Counted from the first letter of the stretch, positions 8,389-19,878 are shown. The stretch is DNA of 32,000 nt from Candidatus Fokinia solitaria (GCF_003072485.1 NZ_CP025989.1:636313-668312); one strand, 5' to 3'. The notes: generated by a model not told the origin, from the letters alone. Numbers and translations are program-made.

Positions 8389-10470
8389 TTACTTCACTTG
8401 CAAGCTATTAGAATGCGCTATCATAGCTAAAGAGTTATTTGATATTTGATCTCCTGCATAAAAATTGCTTACTGGATACGTGAGATCTCTTTTTTTTAAG
8501 CTGGCAACACGAGGAATAGTAACATCTTTCCTCTCTAACACACGATGCATATTCTCTTGCTTCAAGAAATCGCTTTTCATAGCTATTTTAGCTCGCACAT
8601 CTTCCAATGAGTGGAAATTTAACTCAATTTTTAATCTTTCAGCAATTTCAGTTACTATCATCCATTCTTGTTTAGACACTCCAAGCGGAGGTACAGCTTG
8701 GTAAGTAGATTGCAAACGTCCCTCAAGATTGACATACATCGCTTTTTTTTCCGAATATGCAGGAGAAGGTAGTACTAAATCTGCTCTACGAATAGCTTTA
8801 TCTGCATGATGTCCGATATATACTACAAATACGTCGTCTGCAATTGCTTCAATATTCACATCATCAGCGCCAAACAGCAACAGTACATTAGATTTTCGTA
8901 ACATTACGTCTACAGTACTTTCTATTTCACCAATATCTGAAAAGCTTTCTCCGAAATTTGTCGTAAAGTCTAAATCTAACGCTCCAACTCTCGAAGGCTT
9001 CGTATTCAATACATTAAAGCCATTCCAATCGTCTTTTATAAGACCGTATTTTTGAGCAATTTTATAAGAGTAGTATAAGACTGCATGGCCATCATATTGA
9101 TGCTTTAATATGTTTGTACCAAGTACTAGCATAGGATTTTTAGCGTGCAACAATCGCCTTGCATACTCATGCTTACCTTCGTATATCGCCTTCAACAAGG
9201 CACTTTCACATCCTAAATATGTATACGGATAATTTGCTGCAAATCTGTTACCTAAAACTGATATTTTAAGTTTTCCATGAATTACTGCTTTTCTAAGTCT
9301 TGCATTTAAAATCGCTGCCTCAAGTCTTGGATTTGTACCAATTAATAAACACTCATCGCTGCTTTCTATACTTTGAATCGTCGTATTAAAGACGTAACTT
9401 CCGCGTCCAAATGATGATTCAATGATACTTCCTTCCTCTCTACAATCAAAAAACCAATTTTTTTTATGACTACATAACTCCTTTATAGCAAAAATACTCT
9501 CTATATCAGAATAATGACCTACTAAAGCTGAAACTACAGCTGCATGACTCAGTACTGTACATAATTTATCATATGCTTCATCCCATGAAATAGATTCATG
9601 ACGCTTCATAACTTTATTAAACCATACTGGCTCTACCAATCTTTGATATTTCAAACCATCATAATTAAATCTTGCTTTATCTGAGATCCACTCTTCGTTA
9701 ATATACTCGCACTCGCGCGGTAATACTCGCATTACTTGATGTCCTCTGACATGAAGCATGGTGTTTGAACATACCGCATCAGACAGATCAATAGAAGGTA
9801 TCTTAGTAAGTTCCCATGCTCTTGCAGTATATGCATAAAGTGCAGAATTTAAAGCGCCTACAGGACATAAGTCTATAATATTACCAGAAAGCTCTGACGT
9901 AATACCTTTACATACGGCATCAGAAATTTTGTATGTATCAATATGCATGTCTTCTCCCTTACCAAGTGCTACAAGCTCACTCGTACCAGCTACTTCATCT
10001 AAAAATCTCACACATCTCATACAATGTATACATCTTGTCATGTGAGTCTCTATAAAAGAGCCGAAATCTTTATGCTGTATCGTTCTTTTTTCCTCTTTAT
10101 ACCTTGAATGACATTTACCATACTTAAATGCCTGATCTTGCAAATCACATTCTCCACCCTTGTCGCATATTGGACAATCTAACGGATGGTTAATCAAGAG
10201 AAATTCTAAAATACCTGATCTTGCCTGATTCACAAGTGCTGTATTAGTGTATATATGCATACCATCGCTTATAACTTGCACGCAACTTGCTACAAGCTTT
10301 GGATTTTCTCCGATTTGAACAAGGCACATTCTGCAATTTCCAGCAATACTAAGTCGTTTATGGTAGCAAAATCTAGGTATTGTCATACCAATCATCTCGC
10401 ATGCCTGCATAATAGTAACGCATTCCTCGAATTCATATAATTGGTCATTTATATACACTTTTATTGACAC
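8389..10470 (-). CDS. nuoG: NADH-quinone oxidoreductase subunit G
   Basis: 693 aa. N-terminal 2Fe-2S ferredoxin-like domain (CYHKRLSIAGNCRMCLV), 4Fe-4S motifs CPICDKGGECDLQDQ and CIHCMRCVRF, and a molybdopterin-oxidoreductase-like body. Confidence 0.95.
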   Translation of the reverse strand: MSIKVYINDQLYEFEECVTIMQACEMIGMTIPRFCYHKRLSIAGNCRMCLVQIGENPKLVASCVQVISDGMHIYTNTALVNQARSGILEFLLINHPLDCPICDKGGECDLQDQAFKYGKCHSRYKEEKRTIQHKDFGSFIETHMTRCIHCMRCVRFLDEVAGTSELVALGKGEDMHIDTYKISDAVCKGITSELSGNIIDLCPVGALNSALYAYTARAWELTKIPSIDLSDAVCSNTMLHVRGHQVMRVLPRECEYINEEWISDKARFNYDGLKYQRLVEPVWFNKVMKRHESISWDEAYDKLCTVLSHAAVVSALVGHYSDIESIFAIKELCSHKKNWFFDCREEGSIIESSFGRGSYVFNTTIQSIESSDECLLIGTNPRLEAAILNARLRKAVIHGKLKISVLGNRFAANYPYTYLGCESALLKAIYEGKHEYARRLLHAKNPMLVLGTNILKHQYDGHAVLYYSYKIAQKYGLIKDDWNGFNVLNTKPSRVGALDLDFTTNFGESFSDIGEIESTVDVMLRKSNVLLLFGADDVNIEAIADDVFVVYIGHHADKAIRRADLVLPSPAYSEKKAMYVNLEGRLQSTYQAVPPLGVSKQEWMIVTEIAERLKIELNFHSLEDVRAKIAMKSDFLKQENMHRVLERKDVTIPRVASLKKRDLTYPVSNFYAGDQISNNSLAMIAHSNSLQVK

Positions 10471-10511
10471 CGGAGTATGAAATTTACGTTATATATAAGA
10501 GCATACAAAAC

Positions 10512-11546
10512 CTATTTTTTTGTATCAATAATACTACTTACAAGCTTTACCAATCTTTCTTGTATCGGCAGTGCTGTATCGTTCTTCGCATTTTCGCGAT
10601 ACATTTCTTCAAGCAATACAAATCCTGTAGGAGAAGTGACATTAATCTCCGTAATATAATCTCCTATCAGATCAATCCCCGCGATAAAAATGCCATCTTC
10701 TTTTAACTTCCGCGCGATCTTATCACACATCGCAATTTCGCTATCAGTCAGCTTCACGGCAGCAATACTTGCACCTTGATATATATTCGCAAGAAAATTA
10801 CCACTAGAAGGTATTCTGCTAAATGCGCCAACTATTTCTCCATCTATTACGAACACGCGTTTGTCTCCGCTTAAAATAGCACTGATAAACGCTTGAACTA
10901 CAACATGCTCTGCAAATCCATCAATATATTTACGTATGCCATTTGCTGCCTCTTCGTCATCTTTATATACTACTTGATTTGTAGTATGTGATTCGCTTTT
11001 TCCATATGACATTCGTATCGCACCATGCCCTGAATATTCATATAATGGTTTTAGCACTACATCTAAGTGCTTTTTCAGAAAACTCAATATCTCTCCTACT
11101 TCTCGTGTAATAATGGTATTTGGTAAATACCCCACTGCTATACTGAATGGAAAGATCTTCTCTGAATTATTCCTCACACCTCTTGGAGAATTTATTATCG
11201 GCACATCAACATGTTCCAATAAAAATGTAGAGGTAATGTATAACATATTAAAAGGAGGATCTTGCCTTAACAATATGCACTTTACTTCATCAAGATGAAG
11301 TTCTTGTAAATCACTCACTCTACTCCACTGAGTTCCGCTGTATAAAACATATTCTAACTTTATAAAATACCCTCTTGCGCACAAACTTTTTTTGCCATTC
11401 AAACTTGATAGACGCATAGTATCTACTGTGTACCAAAAGATCTCATACCCGTTCTTGTATAGACCATCTGCTAAGAATAGACTTGTATCTGTTCTAATCT
11501 TCAATGTTTCTAAAGGATCTCCTTGGATAGCTATAATTTTTCTCAT
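10512..11546 (-). CDS. gshB: glutathione synthetase (ATP-grasp)
   Basis: 344 aa. N-terminal IAIQGDPLETLKIRTDTS typical of prokaryotic GshB, and an ATP-grasp region with SGDKRVFVIDGEIVGA (compare E. coli GDKRVLVVDGEPV). Confidence 0.85.
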   Translation of the reverse strand: MRKIIAIQGDPLETLKIRTDTSLFLADGLYKNGYEIFWYTVDTMRLSSLNGKKSLCARGYFIKLEYVLYSGTQWSRVSDLQELHLDEVKCILLRQDPPFNMLYITSTFLLEHVDVPIINSPRGVRNNSEKIFPFSIAVGYLPNTIITREVGEILSFLKKHLDVVLKPLYEYSGHGAIRMSYGKSESHTTNQVVYKDDEEAANGIRKYIDGFAEHVVVQAFISAILSGDKRVFVIDGEIVGAFSRIPSSGNFLANIYQGASIAAVKLTDSEIAMCDKIARKLKEDGIFIAGIDLIGDYITEINVTSPTGFVLLEEMYRENAKNDTALPIQERLVKLVSSIIDTKK

Positions 11547-12118
11547 CTTCTTCTATGTCGAAATTCATGAGGTAATAATGAAAGCATTTTAATATCCGGA
11601 AATCCACCTCTTATAAGTCGATAGCCGCGCATCACTCCTTCTTCTTGAAAACCAACATCATGCAATAGATTCAATGACGGTTGATTATCATGTAGCGTCT
11701 TTGCTGATATTCTATATAAATCCATTACATTAAAACCAAAATTCAGCACTTCTATAATGGCGCGTTTCATAATACCACGCCTCCAATAATTTGGATCAAG
11801 ATCATAGCAAATTTCAGCTTTTCTACTATAAACATTGTAATCAAAAAAGCCTATCGTGCCTATTAAAAAATCCGTCTCCTTTATAGTAATCCCCCAAAAA
11901 ACAGAAAGCGATCTATGAAATAGATCTCGCCAATATATCACACTAAGCATTGCATCTCTCTCACTTTTGGGCATATCTTCATCAGAAAGTTTCATCGCTA
12001 CTCTCGGATCTGTATATATTTCGTAGTAGCGTTTATAATCGGATGTGGACAATTCACGTAATACAATCTCTCCTATTTCTATAGTAGGAAATTCTGCAAA
12101 GATATTTTGTTTCTTCAC
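11543..12118 (-). CDS. GNAT-family N-acetyltransferase (RimJ/RimL-like)
   Basis: 191 aa. Acetyl-CoA-binding-like YWRRGIMKRAI (Q/R-x-x-G-x-G/A type) within a GNAT-fold pattern. Its stop overlaps the gshB start by 4 nt. Confidence 0.75.
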   Translation of the reverse strand: MKKQNIFAEFPTIEIGEIVLRELSTSDYKRYYEIYTDPRVAMKLSDEDMPKSERDAMLSVIYWRDLFHRSLSVFWGITIKETDFLIGTIGFFDYNVYSRKAEICYDLDPNYWRRGIMKRAIIEVLNFGFNVMDLYRISAKTLHDNQPSLNLLHDVGFQEEGVMRGYRLIRGGFPDIKMLSLLPHEFRHRRR

Positions 12119-12162
12119 TAACAGTGTGATAGAAATACTGATAATATCGATGATATACGATT

Positions 12163-13677
12163 ATGTCTTTTGAGTACAATAGCAAATTCTACGTAACCAC
12201 TCCTATATATTATGCCAATGGTGAGCCACACCTCGGACATTTGTATACTACGGTAATAGCTGACGTAATCGCGAAATATAATAGATTACAGAAACGAGAT
12301 GTGTGCTTTGCAACTGGTATGGATGAGCACGGACAAAAAGTAGAATTAACGGCAAGAAAACTCAAAGTACATCCGCAAAGTAGAGTAGATGAGATAGCAG
12401 ATAAATTTTCCGCTTTATATAAAGCTGCTGACATTACTTACGATGCTTTTATCAGAACAACAGAAATGAGACATAAGGATTTCGTAGTATCCGTATGGAA
12501 TATCTTATATGAAAGAGGATGGATATACAAAGGAGAGTACTCAGGCTGGTATGCAGAACGAGATGAGGCTTTTTACTCTGAAGAAGAGATAGTAAATGGT
12601 AAAGCGCCAACTGGTGCAGATGTAGTATTTTGCTCTGAAGAATGCTATTTCTTCAAGCTATCAGCATTACAAGAAGAACTATTAAAAATCTATCGCGATG
12701 AGAGAATCGTCATACAGCCAAAACTAAAGCTTAATGAAGTCGTAAGCTTCATCGAAAGAGGATTGAAAGATTTGTGTATATCTCGAAATAATACTAAGTG
12801 GGGAATACCTGTACCAAATGCTACAGAACAAACTATATATGTATGGATTGATGCTCTTATGAACTATGCTTCCACTCTTTCACAGAATTTTGAGTCTAAA
12901 TACTGGCCATGTGATGTACAGGTTATTGGTAAAGATATACTTATATTTCATACTGTATATTGGCCGGCACTACTCATAGCGCTGAATATTCAAGACTTAC
13001 CTCTCAAAATATTAGTACATGGATGGTGGCTCAACGATGGACAGAAAATGTCAAAATCCTTAAACAACGTAATAGCGCCACAGAACTTAATAGATAAATA
13101 TACATCGGACTACGTTAGATACTTCCTCATAAGAGAAACTAGAATCGGACATGACGCAAGTTATAGTGATGCTAACTTACAAAAACTGGTTAATGCTGAA
13201 TTAGTCAATAACATTGGTAACTTAGCACAAAGAAGCGTGATGTTTGTACAAAAGTATATGGATAATACTTGTCAGAGACCTTCAGATTACGACGACAATA
13301 TGCTGCAACAAACGTATGGTTTAGTCTCATCATATGTAAAATACATGGAAGCACTCAAATTTCACGAGGCAATTGATATCATCATGAAAATATCAGAAAT
13401 AGCCAATAAATATTTTAATGAAAAACAGCCATGGCATAAAAAAGACAAACAAGCAGAACTACATTTCATTTTATTTCACACTCTAGAACTAGTAAGAGTG
13501 ATTGGCATTCTACTGCAGCCGTTTATACCGCACGGCGCGGCAAGACTGCTATCTATTTTTTACCTTCAAAAGATATCAAATATAACGTTTGATATGGCAT
13601 CTGCCGCATTTATGTTTGATCAACTACGTATTGATAAACAGTTTTATCAAGTTTTTCCAAGAATAGTTAATGAGTAA
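12163..13677 (+). CDS. metG: methionyl-tRNA synthetase
   Basis: 504 aa. HIGH-type motif GEPHLGHLYT and KMSKS motif (QKMSKSLNN). N-terminal TTPIYYANG is typical of MetRS. Confidence 0.95.
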   Translation: MSFEYNSKFYVTTPIYYANGEPHLGHLYTTVIADVIAKYNRLQKRDVCFATGMDEHGQKVELTARKLKVHPQSRVDEIADKFSALYKAADITYDAFIRTTEMRHKDFVVSVWNILYERGWIYKGEYSGWYAERDEAFYSEEEIVNGKAPTGADVVFCSEECYFFKLSALQEELLKIYRDERIVIQPKLKLNEVVSFIERGLKDLCISRNNTKWGIPVPNATEQTIYVWIDALMNYASTLSQNFESKYWPCDVQVIGKDILIFHTVYWPALLIALNIQDLPLKILVHGWWLNDGQKMSKSLNNVIAPQNLIDKYTSDYVRYFLIRETRIGHDASYSDANLQKLVNAELVNNIGNLAQRSVMFVQKYMDNTCQRPSDYDDNMLQQTYGLVSSYVKYMEALKFHEAIDIIMKISEIANKYFNEKQPWHKKDKQAELHFILFHTLELVRVIGILLQPFIPHGAARLLSIFYLQKISNITFDMASAAFMFDQLRIDKQFYQVFPRIVNE

Positions 13678-14608
13678 GCATCTCATAATCGTGGATTGTT
13701 ATGCAATCTTCTTTAAATCGCTCTTCGCTCATCATAAAGATCCAGCTATAAACGGTATACATATAGGAGGAGTTATAGGCTTCATTAACACCATGTTCAG
13801 GTTATTAGAATGTAATGGTGAACTTCTTGCAATGCATAAAAACAGCGAAATATACGTATGTATTGCACTGGATTATCAAACAAAAGGTGAGACATTCAGA
13901 CACCACATATATCAAGAATATAAAGCAAATAGAAAACCATTACCGCAAGAATTCATTTCACAATTTCCGATACTTGAGGAAGTACTAGAATGCATGCAAA
14001 TTCCAGTCATAAAGCATCCAAAAGTCGAAGCAGATGATATCATTGCCTCCGTAGTAACGAAATTTTATGACAAAGATAGCAGTACTCCAATTAACATCTC
14101 AATCATCTCTCAAGATAAGGATTTAATGCAACTCATAGCAGTACAAAATAATAGAAATACTATCATGTGGGATCCTTATAAACGGCAAATAATCGATGAA
14201 CAAGAAGTAATTGCAAAACTAGGAGTAAAACCTCATCAAGTGCCGTGCTTCTTAGCACTGCTTGGAGATAGTGCAGATAACATTCGAGGAGTACCAGGTA
14301 TTGGAAAGAAACACGCTACTACACTATTAAGTAAGTTCGATTCGGTAAACGATATATGTCAAAATACTCATATGCTTTCTAACAGCAAAATCGCTTCGCA
14401 GATCAATGGCAATAAAGAGCAGATTGCGTTATTCAAAAAACTTACGACATTAAGCAGCGATATAGAAATCGTTATGCCATATGAAGAAATGAAATGGAAC
14501 GGATGGACGGATAGAAATGATAAGATGAATGAGTTGCTACTAAAGTATCAAATACAAAATGCTATCGGTACTAGGAAAAACTACACTCATAATGCATTTA
14601 ACATGTAA
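13670..14608 (+). CDS. stand-alone 5'-3' exonuclease (PolA N-terminal/FEN-like)
   Basis: 312 aa. VEADDIIAS acidic metal-site motif and H3TH region LLGDSADNIRGVPGIGKK. The start overlaps the metG stop by 8 nt. Confidence 0.85.
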   Translation: MSKHLIIVDCYAIFFKSLFAHHKDPAINGIHIGGVIGFINTMFRLLECNGELLAMHKNSEIYVCIALDYQTKGETFRHHIYQEYKANRKPLPQEFISQFPILEEVLECMQIPVIKHPKVEADDIIASVVTKFYDKDSSTPINISIISQDKDLMQLIAVQNNRNTIMWDPYKRQIIDEQEVIAKLGVKPHQVPCFLALLGDSADNIRGVPGIGKKHATTLLSKFDSVNDICQNTHMLSNSKIASQINGNKEQIALFKKLTTLSSDIEIVMPYEEMKWNGWTDRNDKMNELLLKYQIQNAIGTRKNYTHNAFNM

Positions 14609-14764
14609 AAACAAAAAAAAATGCATCGTTACGGAGGGTATATTGCAACTTAACATATATCACTTTAGAGAACATTTGACGTAATTGCATATTTAAAAAA
14701 AATACTATAACGATAGATATTGTAATCATTTTTAATGATTCAAATTTTTCAATAAAAAATATAT

Positions 14765-15649
14765 ATGTTAAATAAAACAGCAATTTCTAATAGTGTAATA
14801 GACAAGCATTACGCGCATCATACATGTAACAGCATAGAATCTGCAATAGCAAGACCATTGATAAATTCTATGATGAATTGTGCACCATCATTCGAATATT
14901 TGCGTAATGTTCTAAGAGATAATGCAATCCACGTATCACCAACAACATATCGTTATATTATGCCTACGCGCGTGGGCGATTATTCTGATATTATATATTT
15001 GCACGGCCTAGATGGGCCAAATAATATCGCCCAATCACTGTATCAATTAGCTCTAGACGTAATAACACTTCCTGTGACCGTTGGAGGTGCGAACACAGCT
15101 GAACAAATTGCAATAAATCGTTCTTATATCTGCTGTGCTTATGTCTTCTTCCGAACATTCGCTGAGGACTTAGACAAGAAAAATACAAACATGGAGGAAA
15201 GGTTAATATGGGATGTACAGCCATTTCGAAGGGCTCTGTACGATGGAGAGAGAGATTGTCCATTTGAATATCAGGGCCGTTGGCTTTATGCATTGGATGA
15301 GCAACATCACACATCATCAAACGCAGTAGTACAACATCAGACACAGCAGCAAATACAACATCAGACACAGCAGCAAATACAACATCAGACATCATCAGAT
15401 GAGGAATTTGACGATATTAATATTAATACACCCTATAACTTCAACGCGCATCAAGATGACAGTCAGGTAGTACAGCAATACGAGGATGGTGTGGATATTA
15501 ATAAAATCTGCTACTTCAATACATATCAAAATGACAGTCAGGTAGTACAGCAATACGAGGATAGTGTGGATATTAATAAAATCTGCTACTTCAATACATA
15601 TCAAAATGACAGTCAGATAGTACAGCAATACGAAGATGATAGCTTATAA
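14765..15649 (+). CDS. hypothetical acidic tandem-repeat protein (294 aa)
   Basis: Long ORF after an AT-rich 156-bp gap. The roughly 180-aa non-repetitive N-terminal part has normal composition. The C-terminal third consists of QHQTQQQI repeats and DSQVVQQYEDxVDINKICYFNTYQN repeats. I recognise no family. Confidence 0.6.
   Translation: MLNKTAISNSVIDKHYAHHTCNSIESAIARPLINSMMNCAPSFEYLRNVLRDNAIHVSPTTYRYIMPTRVGDYSDIIYLHGLDGPNNIAQSLYQLALDVITLPVTVGGANTAEQIAINRSYICCAYVFFRTFAEDLDKKNTNMEERLIWDVQPFRRALYDGERDCPFEYQGRWLYALDEQHHTSSNAVVQHQTQQQIQHQTQQQIQHQTSSDEEFDDININTPYNFNAHQDDSQVVQQYEDGVDINKICYFNTYQNDSQVVQQYEDSVDINKICYFNTYQNDSQIVQQYEDDSL
15332..15392 (+). repeat. 24-bp tandem repeat, about 2.5 copies (caacatcagacacagcagcaaata)
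   Basis: Units at 15332-15355 and 15356-15379 are identical, and a partial third runs to about 15392. They encode QHQTQQQI. Confidence 0.9.
15410..15643 (+). repeat. 75-bp (25-codon) tandem repeat: one diverged leading copy plus about 2.5 near-identical copies
   Basis: gacagtcag... recurs at 15458, 15533 and 15608 (period 75), with only a few substitutions between copies (ggt/agt, gta/ata, gag/gaa). The leading copy (DDININTPYNFNAHQD against VDINKICYFNTYQN) is diverged and carries a 6-nt indel. Confidence 0.9.
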
Positions 15650-15976
15650 AAATAAGCAAAGAATATTACAGAATCAGTCACAGTAAACGGCTGACTCGTA
15701 TATAGATTAAACGCATGTACTTTGAAGCACTGCACTATATATAATCTGCAATAATAGCATGCGGTACCTACTACATTATTTCTCTTAAAAGTGCTTTACC
15801 ACATGGTAAAAAGTCACTCATCACATTTCAGTAGTGAGATAGTTGTTAATATAACAGTAGGTACAGCTAATCGGTACTAGCTATCCGGACACTTTAAGCA
15901 ATCGAAAAAAGTCAGTTACTCGAACAGTATTTCGTATAATGGAAGACACTTAGCTTCAAATCTTACAATATATATC

Positions 15977-16024
15977 ATTTCCTCAGCGCAGGATTTCCAC
16001 AAAAGAACAATCGCAAGTACTCAA
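15977..16024 (-). repeat. 3'-trailer element copy A (immediately downstream of tRNA-His)
   Basis: atttcctcagcgcaggatttccacaaaagaacaatcgcaagtactca aligns with 16631-16678 at about 38/48 positions with 1 indel. It ends 5 nt before the tRNA-His 3' end. Confidence 0.7.
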
Positions 16025-16029
16025 AGTAG

Positions 16030-16107
16030 TGGGGCGAATAACGGAACTCGAATCCGCGACCTTCGGTACCACAAACCGACGCTCTAACCAACTGAGCTAT
16101 ATCCGCC
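16030..16107 (-). tRNA. tRNA-His (anticodon GUG) with encoded G-1 and encoded CCA
   Basis: Reverse complement is g-gcggata-ta-gctc-agttggtta-gagc-g-tcggt-ttGTGgt-accga-aggtc-gcgga-ttcgagt-tccgt-tattcgc-c-cca. The extra 5' G pairs with discriminator C73. Confidence 0.9.
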
Positions 16108-16357
16108 AACTTATAAAGGCGCAAGCATGCACCATACTTTGAAGCTTACAAAGCTTATAAAATAAAGTCTAATTCAATTTTCTGTTTTTCGAGTATATAG
16201 CATTCTTTCTATACAAAGACATTATATTGCGCCACTATATAATAATTCTTTTTAAGAAATAGTAATGCCAATATTTAATAATATTTAATATAATAAATAT
16301 ATTCTCATGCTAAGATGATCGTATTGTTAATATTAGATAAAGTTGCTATATTTAATA

Positions 16358-16690
16358 ATGATTGAATATTTATTTTCTGATATGCAACAAAAAACAAGAA
16401 AAACGTGGGGACTTGAAGTAGAAGCAGCTGCTATGTCTTTTAAAGAAGATGTGACGCCACAGTATCACAAGGTGCGCTGCTTAGCTAAAATGAGCAGAAT
16501 GATGGATAGCCTCATGGCTACAATTCAAGTACCAAAACTGACCGAAGAGCAGAAGACGATACAATTCAATAAAATTAGAGTAAATTGCAATATTCCAAAA
16601 GTAGACGACTGCCTTGCTACGGTAGAAATTATTTCCTCAGCACAGGATTTTATCAAAGAGGACAATCACAAATACTCATTGCGAGCCTGA
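16358..16690 (+). CDS. orphan hypothetical protein (110 aa from ATG 16358; 115 aa from TTG 16343)
   Basis: Balanced, protein-like composition (…KTWGLEVEAAAMSFKEDVTPQYHKVRCLAKMSRMMDSLMATIQVPKLTEEQK…) in an otherwise very AT-rich spacer, with no competing ORF. The last 6 nt overlap the 5S 3' end, and its C-terminal codons coincide with trailer element copy B, which weakens the coding interpretation. Confidence 0.35.
   Translation: MIEYLFSDMQQKTRKTWGLEVEAAAMSFKEDVTPQYHKVRCLAKMSRMMDSLMATIQVPKLTEEQKTIQFNKIRVNCNIPKVDDCLATVEIISSAQDFIKEDNHKYSLRA
16631..16678 (-). repeat. 3'-trailer element copy B (immediately downstream of 5S rRNA)
   Basis: atttcctcagcacaggattttatcaaagaggacaatcacaaatactca. It ends 6 nt before the 5S 3' end. 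See copy A. Confidence 0.7.
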
Positions 16691-16800
16691 CAACGACCTA
16701 CTCTCACACGTCTTAAGACGCAATACAATCGGCGAAAAGGCTTTTCACTTCTGAGTTCGGAATGGGATCAGGTGTTTCATCCTCTCTATAATCATCAGGC
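16685..16800 (-). rRNA. rrf: 5S ribosomal RNA
   Basis: Reverse complement is gcctgatgattatagagaggatgaaacacctgatcccattccgaactcagaagtgaaaagcc...gagagtaggtcgttgtcaggc. It has the conserved CCGAACUCAGAAGUGAAA and GAGAGUAGG blocks, and helix I closes as gcctgat/gtcaggc. Confidence 0.9.
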
Positions 16801-16943
16801 TTGCAATAAGTACCTTAGTCTACAGCATAAGCTTTATTGATATCAAATAACAACAAAAGCTTATACATCAAAGAGATAGCAATATAAAAAAGCAAAATTA
16901 ATAAGAAGTAATTTTACCACTGCATACGCCATAATAGCAACAG

Positions 16944-19662
<2,719 letters not shown>

Positions 19663-19756
19663 GTATTATGCGTACACAGTAATAAAATTACTCAACGATA
19701 ATTTTGCTTGGTTATATTGCTAAACTACTTTGAAACGCACTCAGTGCAGTGGTAAC

Positions 19757-19784
19757 TCTATAGAAACAACCATATGAATGTCAA
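19757..19784 (-). promoter_or_regulatory. candidate sigma70-type promoter for the 23S-5S transcript
   Basis: The minus strand reads TTGACA (19784-19779), a 16-nt spacer, then TATAGA (19762-19757), about 95 nt upstream of the inferred 23S 5' end. This is a motif match only. Confidence 0.3.
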
Positions 19785-19878
19785 ACATGATTTTACATTT
19801 TTTATTTCTACACTGGTAACTTGTAGAATATCAGTAAATTCTTTAGTATCTGCAATGCTAAATAATGGTTGAAATGGA

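Noticed and set aside
14991-15628. Antisense ORFs of 134 aa and 77 aa opposite the tandem-repeat gene
   Set aside because: The 77-aa ORF simply repeats the reverse-complement repeat unit. Both are shorter than the sense ORF and nested within it.
15764-15864. 9-bp inverted repeat gtacctact/agtaggtac enclosing two small hairpins (possible ~100-nt structured RNA)
   Set aside because: By my rough estimate, several 9-bp inverted repeats at spacings of 100 nt or less are expected by chance in 32 kb. There is no tRNA-like T-arm or other conserved RNA motif inside.
2983-16342. Search of the longer non-coding stretches (2983-3319, 15650-16029, 16108-16342) for SRP RNA, RNase P RNA or tmRNA
   Set aside because: By eye I did not find the SRP GGAAGCAGCC-type motif, the RNase P GAGGAAAGUCC motif, or an extra tRNA-like GGTTCGAATCC T-arm. 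A covariance-model scan would be needed to be sure.
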